Notes: generated by a model from the sequence alone, not told the origin. Counted from the stretch's first letter, positions 52,447-61,551 are shown. The stretch: 64,000 bases of DNA from Gemmatimonadota bacterium (GCA_003223395.1 QHUZ01000040.1:69381-133380), one strand, 5' to 3'. Translations and numbers: made by a program.

Positions 52447-55400
52447 TAGTCGCCGGGATTGGCTGTCTCCTCGCTGTCTTGCAATCGCCTGCCTCCGATT
52501 CACTCCGCCTGCTCGCGCTCAGCCTGCCTCAGACCTCGCTCGTCCTTACCGTGCGGCAGCGGCCACTTGCGGTGCGCGACGCCATCACCGAGTCGCTGCG
52601 GCGCGGGGACCTCGATGCCGCGGGAAAGATCGCCGCCGCGTACGCGCTGGCGTGGCGCGACTCGTTTCTGGTGCGCGAGGTTGCGCGCTTTGTCGCGTGG
52701 CCGGCGGCGCGACGATCGGCGAAGGTGGCCGTCGACTCCATGCGGCGGGTGGGCATCAAAGCGTTCGGAGCAGAAGGCCCGCATGCCGCGGTCCAGCTCT
52801 GGCAACGTGCGCTCACACGCGCAGCGACGAACGGCGATTCGGCGGGAATGGCGGCGCTCCTGGGCAACATCGGGGCAGGGCTCCTCGAAGACGGCCAGCT
52901 CGATAGTGCGACGACCTATCTCGAGCGGGCGCGGGCACTGGCCACGGCGGTTGGAGACCTGCGCGTCGAGGCGAATGCGGTTGGGGCGTTAGCCGGTGCG
53001 CGCGAAGAACGCGGCGACCTCTCGGCGGCGCGCGCAGACTACGTCCATGCGCTCGCGCTGCGCGACCGCATCGGCGACACGCGGGGCAGCGCCGCCGACC
53101 ACAACAATCTCGGTCTGTTGGCTCAACGGCTCGGCGATCTCGAGGAAGCGCGGCGGCAGTTCGACAGCGCGCTCGTGTTCAATCGCCACGATGGTCGCGA
53201 TGAGGTCGCGGCGACGAATCTCGTCAACCTCGCGGGTCTGGCGAGTCTCGCCGGAGACTTCGCGCGCGCCGAGGCGCTGTATCGCGACGCGCTCGCGACC
53301 TGGCGGGCCCACGAGTCGTGGGCCGATGCCGCGGTGGCGCTCCACGGTCTCGGGCAGCTCGAGCTGCGGCGCGGGGACTACCCGGCGGCCGCTATCGCGT
53401 TGCGTGAGGCACTCGCCATCTACGCACGCACCGGACCCGTGGCCGAAGAGCTGGCCGTGCGGCGCGATCTCGCCGGGGCGCTCGCGGCCACCGGTGACCT
53501 TCAGAGCGCGCGGGATGAGCTGAGTCGGGCGCAGCGCCGCGCTGATTCCACGCGCGCGCCGCCCGCCGCGCGCGCCGGGATCGCGCTGGCGCGGGCAGAC
53601 CTCGCGCTCCAGCTGAATACGCTGGCCGAGGCCCAGCGCTTGTACGCGCGCGCGGAGGGGCTGTATCGACTGGGGGCCGAGCCCGCCGGTGAGGCCGAGG
53701 CGCAGGAGGGACGCGCGTTGCTGTTGCTGGAGCGCGACGACGCGGTCCACGCCCAGGCGTTGCTGGAGACCGCGCTGCGCACGCAACTGGGCGCGGGAAG
53801 TTTGCGCGCTGCCGCCTTGACGCGCGTCTCGCTGGGGCGCGCGGTCCTGGCGCGCGGCGATACCGGTGCGGCTCGACGCCATCTGGCGCAAGCGGTCGCC
53901 GAAATGACGCGGGGTGGCGATCCCGTGGCGGCCGCGGCCGCGCTTGGTGAATGGGCGGCGCTCGAGGCACACGCCGGCGCACCCATCGCGGCCGATTCGC
54001 TGTATCGCGCGGCGCTGGAGCGGCTCGGCGACCGCAGCGCGCCGGAGGTCGCGTGGCAGCTGCATGCGGGTTGGGCGAGCGTGCTCAAGAGCCAGGGCGC
54101 GACCGATGCCGCCGCGCGCGAGCTGCGGAGCGCGCTCAACGAGATCGATCGTACCAGCCGTTCGCTCGCCTTGCCGGAGCGGCGCTCGGCGTTCCTCGCC
54201 GACAAGTGGGACGTGTACGCGCAACTCGCGCTGATCGAGCGCGACCGTGGTCACGTTGGAGCGGCGTTCGATGCGAGCGAGCGGCTGCGGGCGCGCGAGA
54301 TGCTGGAGCTGCTCGCGCGAGGCCGCGTCTCGGCCCCACTGGACACCTCTCAGGATCTCGTTGCGCGGGAGCAGGACCTGCGCCGTCGCATCGGCGAGCT
54401 GACACATGACTTGGAGCAGTCGGACGCGACGGACCAGACACTCCGCGGTTCCGAAGTCTCCCTCAACGCCAGCACGACCCGCGAGTCGCTGCTGCGCGCA
54501 CAAGAGACCTACACCGACCTCCTGCTCGAAGCCCGCGAGCGCGCTCCTCGCCACGCGGCACTCGTCGCGCCCGACCTCGCCACCTGGCGCGGCGTCGCAC
54601 GGCGTCTGGCGCCCGAGGCGGCGTTCATCGAGTACCTCGTGAGCGACTCGACCACGCTCGCCTTCGTCGTGACCAGCGATACGCTTGCCGTCCTGGAACT
54701 CGGGACGCGCCGGCAGGAGCTGGCGCGCCTGGTTGACTTCACTCGCGCCGTCCTCACCCCCCGTCCCCCTCTCCGCGATGCGGAGAGGGGGAGCGATTCT
54801 CTGTGGCGCGCGCCGTTGCGACGTCTCCACGCGGCGTTGATCGCGCCTGTCGAAGCGACGGGATTACTCGCCGGCAAGAGCCGGTTGGTCCTCGTTCCGC
54901 ACGTTGAGCTGCAGTACCTGCCGTTCGCAGCGTTGATGGATACCGCGGGACACTTTCTCGTCGAACGCTACGAGCTCGCGCTGACTCCCTCGGCGTCGGT
55001 GTGGCTTGCCTTGGGGGAACGGTCCACGGAACCTGCCGGCGCCGGCCTGCTGGCATTCGCGCCGCGTCCCGCGACGCTTCCCGGGTCGAGCCAGGAAGTT
55101 GCGACCATTCAGCGCCTTGCTGGAACGGACGCGCAAGTCCTGACCGGCACGGCCGCGACGGAGTCGGCGTTTCGCCGCCTCGCGCCCACCCGGCGCGTAC
55201 TGCACCTCGCGACCTACGGTGTGCTCAACAAGCAAAATCCGCTGTTCTCGTTCGTTCAGCTCGCGCCAGATGGTGCGGAGGACGGGCGTCTCGAGGTGCA
55301 CGAGGTGTTCGGTCTGCACCTCGTGGCCGATCTCGTCGTGTTGTCCGCGTGCCAGACGGGACTTGGCTCGGGCGCGCTCGCCGATGTCCCCGCGGGCGAC

Positions 55401-55640
55401 GACTGGGTGGGGCTGACGCGCGCGTTCCTGCACGCTGGCGCGCGCCACGTTGTGGCGACGCTTTGGCCGGTGGACGACTGGGCGACGGCGGAGTTGATGG
55501 AGCGGTTCTATGGCGTGGGCGACGTCGCGGCCGACCCGGCGCGGGCGCTGGCCGAAGCGCAGCGCGCGTTGCTCGCGGCGCCGGCGACGCGGCATCCGTT
55601 TTACTGGGCGGGGTTTGAGAGTGTGGGAGGAGCGAGGTGA
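52443..55640 (+). CDS. TPR-repeat CHAT domain protein (caspase-fold peptidase family)
   Basis: ATG 52443 (ATGA overlap). Many TPR_12-like repeats (NLGLLAQRLGDLEEARRQFDSAL and similar). C-terminal CHAT domain: RLVLVPHVELQYLPFAAL, VLHLATYG, LVVLSACQTGLG, HPFYWAGFESVG. Confidence 0.85.
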   Translation: MIVAGIGCLLAVLQSPASDSLRLLALSLPQTSLVLTVRQRPLAVRDAITESLRRGDLDAAGKIAAAYALAWRDSFLVREVARFVAWPAARRSAKVAVDSMRRVGIKAFGAEGPHAAVQLWQRALTRAATNGDSAGMAALLGNIGAGLLEDGQLDSATTYLERARALATAVGDLRVEANAVGALAGAREERGDLSAARADYVHALALRDRIGDTRGSAADHNNLGLLAQRLGDLEEARRQFDSALVFNRHDGRDEVAATNLVNLAGLASLAGDFARAEALYRDALATWRAHESWADAAVALHGLGQLELRRGDYPAAAIALREALAIYARTGPVAEELAVRRDLAGALAATGDLQSARDELSRAQRRADSTRAPPAARAGIALARADLALQLNTLAEAQRLYARAEGLYRLGAEPAGEAEAQEGRALLLLERDDAVHAQALLETALRTQLGAGSLRAAALTRVSLGRAVLARGDTGAARRHLAQAVAEMTRGGDPVAAAAALGEWAALEAHAGAPIAADSLYRAALERLGDRSAPEVAWQLHAGWASVLKSQGATDAAARELRSALNEIDRTSRSLALPERRSAFLADKWDVYAQLALIERDRGHVGAAFDASERLRAREMLELLARGRVSAPLDTSQDLVAREQDLRRRIGELTHDLEQSDATDQTLRGSEVSLNASTTRESLLRAQETYTDLLLEARERAPRHAALVAPDLATWRGVARRLAPEAAFIEYLVSDSTTLAFVVTSDTLAVLELGTRRQELARLVDFTRAVLTPRPPLRDAERGSDSLWRAPLRRLHAALIAPVEATGLLAGKSRLVLVPHVELQYLPFAALMDTAGHFLVERYELALTPSASVWLALGERSTEPAGAGLLAFAPRPATLPGSSQEVATIQRLAGTDAQVLTGTAATESAFRRLAPTRRVLHLATYGVLNKQNPLFSFVQLAPDGAEDGRLEVHEVFGLHLVADLVVLSACQTGLGSGALADVPAGDDWVGLTRAFLHAGARHVVATLWPVDDWATAELMERFYGVGDVAADPARALAEAQRALLAAPATRHPFYWAGFESVGGAR

Positions 55641-57703
55641 GCAAGCATCCCGGGATGTCCGTCGCATATGGGACGACTCGCGAAGGGGCCGCTGTGCGCG
55701 CTGAACGAAGGGTCCGGCGTCGGATCGTCACACTTGCCTGCGTGGCCCTGTTCGGCGCGTGCACCGACGGCGTCGGCCCCACCCCCCCGCCCCCCGCTGG
55801 CCTGCTGGTCTCGAACCCCGTGCCAGCACCCGCAACAACGTGGGCGAGTGGTGGCGCCGTCCGGTCCGCGACCGCGCCGACGAGCGCGGAGGTTGTGTAC
55901 GTGTCGTTGCCGCCAGACTCAATCCCGGACGGTGGAATCGCGAGGATTACCAACATCCGTACGGGGGCGACGGTTCAGGTAGCGATGGCTAACGGCGGCT
56001 TCGATCCCGTGGCCGTCATGGCCCACGCCGGCGATTCACTGACGATCCGGGTCGAAGTAGAAGGGGGTGGCCTCAGGACACTTGGCTTGACCGTCCCGCT
56101 CGTACGGGCACCCGTGGTCGTGCGCACCCAGCCGCCACCGCGCAAGCGCGATGTGCCCCTGAACTCGTCCGTAGTCGTCGTCTTCAGCGAGCCGATGAGT
56201 CCAAGCACCGCAGCCAGAATCCAACTGTTGCGCGACGGCGCGCCTGTGAGCGGCACCGCCACGCTGTCGTCCAACGGTCTCCGCGTAACAATCGAACCGA
56301 GCGCGAACCTCGATCAGAATACGGACTACGTGGTATCGGTGCCGGCGAGCGTCGCAGACCTGAGCGGAGATTCCCTCCAAGAGTCGGTGGCCGCAGAGTT
56401 CACCACCGGCACCACAACCGCAGTGGCAAGCGTGTTCACGGCGTTACCGGCACTGTTCATCAATCCCCTCAGAAACGAGGAGCGCACGTTTGACTTCGAC
56501 GCCTTTCTCGATGCCGATGGGCGAGTGAATGGCTCGTGGAGTCTTTTTTACGCCGCCTCGGGGGTGCGTGCATCGGGACACGTCACCTGCTTTGCTATCG
56601 CGGATGGCAACGCGGCCTGGGTCGGCGGAGTCGTCGACTACGACAACTCCGGCATGACTCCTGCGATTGAGCAGGGCTGGCGGCTAGTGGACAACGGTCC
56701 CCCGGACAGCGGCGTGGCCGACCAACTCAGCTTCGTCTACGCGCTCGCCGAAGACGACTTTGGTACGGCCCAGAATTGGTGTGCGACCAGGCCCATGTTC
56801 GGCCCGTCAGCGTACTTCCCGAACGGCGACTCGGCCGATCTCAAACTCTTCAACCTGAGCGGGGGCGACCTGGTTGTTGCGGGAGCCACCCCGTCACCGC
56901 CACCGTGGCTCCCCCCCGGAGTCGGGATGAGTCAGATCGCGTACACGGCCCCCTCTGGCCGCATCTGGGTCAGGCGCGCCGACGGGACAGGGGTCAGGGC
57001 GCTCACCACGGACACGGGTGATTCCCACCCCGCATGGTCGCCGGACGGCCTCAAGCTGGCATTTCACGGCGAGCGTGCAACGCCGGGCAATGGAGATATC
57101 TACGTGATGAACTACGACGGGTCGGCCCTCACGCAGTTGACGAGCGGACCCCCTGACGATCGCGAGCCGGCGTGGTCGCCCGACGGCAGCCGGATGGCGT
57201 TCGATCGTGACGGGACGATTCAGGTCATGAGTGCGGTGGATGGTTCGGGCATTCAGCAGCTCACGGCCGGGCCGGATCATCACCCCTCTTGGTCACCGGA
57301 CGGCACTAAGATTGCGTTTGCGCATGCGCACCAGATCTACGTGATGAATGCGGACGGATCGGGGGTCAATCAACTGACGACTGGCCCGGGGCTCGATGAC
57401 ACGCCGGCGTGGTCACCGGATGGGACAAGAATTGCGTTCCAGCGTACCATGATCGACGACGGCAACGTCTTCAGGGATCTTACCGTTATGAACGCCGACG
57501 GCACAGGAGTGATCCAGCTAGGGATAGTTTTTTACGGCCAGCCTGCGTGGTCCCCGGACGGGAAGGAGATCGTGTACGCAAATGTCAGGGACCTCTCCAC
57601 CGTGAATGCGGACGGCACGGGCATGCGATGGCTCGGGAAGGGCTATGCGCCCGCGTGGTCGCCCGTCGGCACCATGCCTTCCCGTTCGGCAACCGTCCGG
57701 TGA
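55637..57703 (+). CDS. Lipoprotein with an Ig-like (SbsA/Big_5-type) domain and C-terminal PD40/TolB-like propeller
   Basis: GTGA overlap (alternative ATG 55655). Lipobox ALFGAC. VVVFSEPMSPSTAARIQLLRDGAPVSGTATL. Six AWSPDG/SWSPDG-type blades with IYVMN.DGSG. Confidence 0.8.
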   Translation: MSKHPGMSVAYGTTREGAAVRAERRVRRRIVTLACVALFGACTDGVGPTPPPPAGLLVSNPVPAPATTWASGGAVRSATAPTSAEVVYVSLPPDSIPDGGIARITNIRTGATVQVAMANGGFDPVAVMAHAGDSLTIRVEVEGGGLRTLGLTVPLVRAPVVVRTQPPPRKRDVPLNSSVVVVFSEPMSPSTAARIQLLRDGAPVSGTATLSSNGLRVTIEPSANLDQNTDYVVSVPASVADLSGDSLQESVAAEFTTGTTTAVASVFTALPALFINPLRNEERTFDFDAFLDADGRVNGSWSLFYAASGVRASGHVTCFAIADGNAAWVGGVVDYDNSGMTPAIEQGWRLVDNGPPDSGVADQLSFVYALAEDDFGTAQNWCATRPMFGPSAYFPNGDSADLKLFNLSGGDLVVAGATPSPPPWLPPGVGMSQIAYTAPSGRIWVRRADGTGVRALTTDTGDSHPAWSPDGLKLAFHGERATPGNGDIYVMNYDGSALTQLTSGPPDDREPAWSPDGSRMAFDRDGTIQVMSAVDGSGIQQLTAGPDHHPSWSPDGTKIAFAHAHQIYVMNADGSGVNQLTTGPGLDDTPAWSPDGTRIAFQRTMIDDGNVFRDLTVMNADGTGVIQLGIVFYGQPAWSPDGKEIVYANVRDLSTVNADGTGMRWLGKGYAPAWSPVGTMPSRSATVR

Positions 57704-57758
57704 ACGGTAGGGTCGACGTGACCTGAGCAACCCCTCCGTGAGCGTCCGTCTCACAGAA

Positions 57759-57785
57759 CACGGTCGTTTCGACGGTCGAGTTTTT
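57759..57785 (+). terminator. Weak intrinsic terminator candidate after the Ig-PD40 gene
   Basis: ACGGTCG-ttt-CGACGGT (one mismatch), followed by CGAG and a T5 run (57781-57785), which is rare in this GC-rich sequence. Confidence 0.25.
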
Positions 57786-57811
57786 GAGAACGCTCCAGTC
57801 ACGGAGGTTCT

Positions 57812-58777
57812 ATGCCCTGGTGCCGCAGTCGCCTGATTCTCCCCCTCGTCGTCGCATTCGTCGTCGCGTGTGACCGGCGCGGCCCTGTCGAGCCCGCGCT
57901 CGACCTGCGCGCCGCCAATGCTCCGGGCTCGACACTCAACGCGCCGTCAAATCTCACCGCCCTCGTTGTGTCAATGAGCCGTATCGACCTCTCATGGCAG
58001 GACAATTCGTCCAACGAGAACGGGTTCGAAGTGCAGCGCTCCACGACCGGGCCGAGCGGCGCTTTCTCGTTGCGCGCGAGTCTGCCGGTGAACACGACGG
58101 CGTTCAGCGACTCAGGACTCACCGCCAGCACTCAATACTGCTACAAAGTGCGCGCCTATCAGACGAAAGGGCCCAAGACCTACTTCTCGCCCTTCTCGGC
58201 CGTCGTGTGTGCGGCCACTCCGTCGCCGCCCCCGCCGCCCCAACCAGGTGCGCCCAGCAGCGTCTCCGCGGCACTGGTGCCTGGTATCACCGTCCGGGTC
58301 GTGTGGGCCGACAACTCGACGAACGAGGATGGCTTCCGCCTGGAGCGGTCGGCGGATCAGGTAACGTGGGCCACGGTGGCGACCCTCGGTCCGTCGAGTG
58401 ACACCTCGGTGTCGTTCACGGACGACACATGGACCATCGAGCAACAGGCGTGCTACCGCGTCTTCGCGTTCAACGGCGCAGGCGACTCGCCGGCGGCCGC
58501 CGCGTGCACGGCACCCTTGTTAGGTCCGACGAGTCTCACGCTGATCGACGGCGGGCTGGCGTGGATCGACAACTCGTCGATCGAGGACGGCTACGAGGTT
58601 TGGGTCCGGTTCGGCCCCTACTGTTCGGTTCAGCCCGTCGCCCTGCTCGCTGTTCTACCCGCCGACGCAACCTCCGCACCAACCTACTGGTATAGCGACT
58701 GCCCAGTCGTCAGTTACCTCGTGGCGGCCACGAAGGATGGCGCGTATTCGGATTGGGCCGAGGTGGCAGTGCCGTGA
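57812..58777 (+). CDS. Lipoprotein with three fibronectin type III-like repeats
   Basis: Lipobox FVVAC. Three repeats carrying W.DNS.NE.GF...R (LSWQDNSSNENGFEVQRS, VVWADNSTNEDGFRLERS, LAWIDNSSIEDGYEVWVR). Confidence 0.75.
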   Translation: MPWCRSRLILPLVVAFVVACDRRGPVEPALDLRAANAPGSTLNAPSNLTALVVSMSRIDLSWQDNSSNENGFEVQRSTTGPSGAFSLRASLPVNTTAFSDSGLTASTQYCYKVRAYQTKGPKTYFSPFSAVVCAATPSPPPPPQPGAPSSVSAALVPGITVRVVWADNSTNEDGFRLERSADQVTWATVATLGPSSDTSVSFTDDTWTIEQQACYRVFAFNGAGDSPAAAACTAPLLGPTSLTLIDGGLAWIDNSSIEDGYEVWVRFGPYCSVQPVALLAVLPADATSAPTYWYSDCPVVSYLVAATKDGAYSDWAEVAVP

Positions 58778-58811
58778 AGGCCGACTTCCATCGAGTGGGA
58801 AGGAGACATCC

Positions 58812-60248
58812 ATGAAGCGTCACGCATCGTGCATCCTGATCCTGTCCCTCGTCGGGCTATCGCTCCAGGGCTGCCAGGATCAACCAGCGCTGACGGAGTC
58901 CCGCGCCAGCGGCGCACTCGCCGCCACGCCCGCCGACCCGGCCGGGCGCCAGCTCGTCGTCTTCACGGCCGAGCGCGTGCCGGCGGCCTTCGCGGACCGC
59001 ATTGCCCGGCTGGGCGGAACCATTGAGGCCGCGCTCGACAGCATCGGCGTCGCCGCGGTGACCGGGCTGTCAGACGTCGCAGTGACCGAGCTGGGGGCCG
59101 CCGCGGACATCCGTGCGGTGGAGCCCGACCCAATGACAAGCCCGCGGGATGACGGCGAGTCCACCGACGGTCTCGCCGACGAGGCCGCGAGCGAGGCCGC
59201 CGTGCCAGCCGATGCCACCGCGTCCCCGACCGCGGCGCAATTTTACGCGCGGCAGTGGAACCTGCGAGCGGTGTTCGCCCCCGATGCGTGGGCGGCAGGC
59301 CACCTTGGCTCCCGTGACGTCGTGGTCGCGATCCTCGACACCGGCATTGACTATACGAACCCGGACCTGGCCGGACTCGTGGATCTCGACCGCTCGATAT
59401 CATTCGTGCCCGAGGACGTGACGCGGCACTATCCCGGCCGACTCCCGTTCAGCGACCTATTCTGGCACGGGACCGCAGTTGCGTCCGTCGTCGCGAGCAA
59501 CGCCATCCTCCTGGCGGGCGTGAACCGCTACGTCACGCTCCTCGCAGTGAAGGTCGCCGACTCCACGAACAACCACACCGTCGGCCGGCTGATCAGCGGC
59601 ATCGTGTACGCTGCCGACCAGGGCGCCGACGTGATCAACCTCAGCAGAGGCAGCGAGCGCCACAAGAGTCAGAGCCCGGGCTTTGTGGCGGCATTCGAGC
59701 GCGCCGTGAACTACGCGTTCCGGAAGGGCGCGCTCGTGGTCAGCGTCCCCTTCAACGACGGCGCCGACCTCGATCACAACGGCGACATCGTGCGACTGCC
59801 GTGTGAGGCCGCGAATGCGATCTGCGCGGCCGCCACTGGGCCGACCGGCGCGGCCGGCATCAACGGGCCGTGGGTAGACGTGGACGCAATCGCTCCATAC
59901 AGCGCCTTCGGCCGCTCAGCCGTCAGCGTCGCCGCGCCGGGCGGCGCAGGCGAAGTCGGTCAGTTCCGGAGAATGTGGACGATCTGCACGACGACGCCGA
60001 CTGCGACCACCGGTGCCCCAGCATGCCGCGCCCATCAAGCCATCGCGCAGCCCGCCGGTACGAGCTTCGCGGCACCACACGTGGCAGGGCTTGCGGCGCT
60101 GCTCGTGGCACAACTGGGCCACGGCAATCCCGCGCTAATCAGGGCCCGGATTCTCCAGTCAGCGGACGACCTCGGCGAACCCGGTGTGGACCCGTACTAC
60201 GGGAAGGGGCGCATCAACGTCGCACGCGCACTGGGACTGATCAATTGA
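58812..60248 (+). CDS. S8 (subtilisin-like) serine peptidase lipoprotein
   Basis: GGAAGGAG precedes ATG 58812. Lipobox LSLQGC. Catalytic triad blocks VVAILDTGIDY, WHGTAVASVVA and GTSFAAPHVAG. Confidence 0.88.
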   Translation: MKRHASCILILSLVGLSLQGCQDQPALTESRASGALAATPADPAGRQLVVFTAERVPAAFADRIARLGGTIEAALDSIGVAAVTGLSDVAVTELGAAADIRAVEPDPMTSPRDDGESTDGLADEAASEAAVPADATASPTAAQFYARQWNLRAVFAPDAWAAGHLGSRDVVVAILDTGIDYTNPDLAGLVDLDRSISFVPEDVTRHYPGRLPFSDLFWHGTAVASVVASNAILLAGVNRYVTLLAVKVADSTNNHTVGRLISGIVYAADQGADVINLSRGSERHKSQSPGFVAAFERAVNYAFRKGALVVSVPFNDGADLDHNGDIVRLPCEAANAICAAATGPTGAAGINGPWVDVDAIAPYSAFGRSAVSVAAPGGAGEVGQFRRMWTICTTTPTATTGAPACRAHQAIAQPAGTSFAAPHVAGLAALLVAQLGHGNPALIRARILQSADDLGEPGVDPYYGKGRINVARALGLIN

Positions 60249-60282
60249 GGGAGCAAGACTTCTTTCGCGGGAGGGGGACACC

Positions 60283-61477
60283 ATGAACACGCTCCGCAGG
60301 TCCACGACGCTTCCTTTGGCAACTCTCGGTCTCCTGGTCGCGTGCGCGGGCAACGGACCGACCCCACCGCCCCAGGGGATCACGGTGAGCGGATCGGTAC
60401 GAGACCGGGTCGCCGAACCAATCAGCGGCGCGACGGTGCTCCTAGGCAAAAGCTCAGTGACGAGCAGCTCGGATGGGACGTTCTGTGTTCTTCGCCAGCA
60501 GCGGCCGCTACGCCTTGGGCGTGGGTCGCGCCGATGCGACGACGGGTCAGTACGCGTTCACAGTCCGGTGGCACGGCTCCTACGATACCGACGCGGGACA
60601 GCTCTACCTCCTTCGGTGGACGACCGACGCTACGGGGCTGCCCACGAGCTATGACGGGTTTGCGAGCAGGCCACTGACGATCATGGCCGGAGGGGACTTC
60701 TCCGGCAATGTCTTCGCCGCGGACGAGTTGACCGATCCACCCGAGCAAAGCATCAGCGGGGCGATAACCGTGCCCGCGAGCTACACGCTGAACGTCCGCC
60801 AGTTTATCATCGATATCGCGCGTGTCGGTTTCTACTGGGAAGAGAAGAATGCGCCGTCGAATGCGTTCACGTACACCGTGCCTGCTCAGAGCGGACTGGC
60901 ATTCACCGTGGCGGCGCAGGCCGTTGATGGTTCCTCGCGGTGGTCGGCCTTCTTCAAGGTAGGGATCAACGGGAACACCAGCAACGTCAGCGTCCCGCTT
61001 GCAGCGGCACCACAGCTCGCCTTGCCGGCGAACGGCGCCTCCGGCGTGGACGCCACCACCCCGTTCAGTTGGAGTCAAGGAGGAGGAACCGGGGTGAACC
61101 TCTTCGAGGTGTGGCCTGGCAACTCCACCAGCCCGACATACTTCGTGTTCACGACGGGAGCCGACGCGAAGATCCCAGACCTGGCAGACGAAGGGATGGG
61201 ACTGCCGGCGAGCGCAAGTTACAACTGGCACGTCGAGAGATTTTTCCCCGTTGCGTCCGTGGACGCTGCGGCGGGGGAGGGCTTCCGACGGCTCATCGTC
61301 GACCAGGACGCCGGGGACGTCGGCGAGACCTTATCGGAGCGTTTCGGCTTCACGACGAAGACAGCTGCCGGCACCGCCGTCGCAGCACCTACCACAGGTC
61401 CGGGCGCGGCCGCCGCAGGGGGAGCGCAACATCGGGGATTACTGATGAAAGCGCCAATCCTGGCTGGCCCTCGCTAA
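60283..61477 (+). pseudogene. CarboxypepD_reg-like lipoprotein gene interrupted by a +1 frameshift near 60481-60490 (or a sequencing indel)
   Basis: The 60283 frame gives lipobox LLVAC and ITVSGSVRDRVAEPISGATVLLGKSSVTSSSDGTF, then turns Arg-rich. The +1 frame (open from 60461) continues VFFASSGRYALGV with GC-rich third positions to TAA 61477. Confidence 0.6.
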
Positions 61478-61503
61478 CGGCGCACGGCCAGAACACGGGC
61501 GAT

Positions 61504-61535
61504 GGCATCAGCAGCGCCCCAACGCTGCTGATGCC
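61504..61535. terminator. Perfect 13-bp hairpin between convergent genes (bidirectional terminator candidate)
   Basis: GGCATCAGCAGCG-ccccaa-CGCTGCTGATGCC, located between stop 61477 (+) and stop 61552 (-). There is no U tract. Confidence 0.5.
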
Positions 61536-61551
61536 CGCCCGCGCGCCCGCA

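Noticed and set aside
52989-54830. A 613-aa minus-strand ORF.
   Set aside because: It lies antisense to the TPR-CHAT gene. The translation is Arg-rich and the opposite strand has clear TPR and CHAT motifs.
60283-60654. Treating 60283-60654 and 60473-61477 as two independent overlapping genes.
   Set aside because: The tail of the first ORF is Arg-rich with weaker third-position GC. The second frame continues the same CarboxypepD_reg domain. A single frameshifted gene explains both better.
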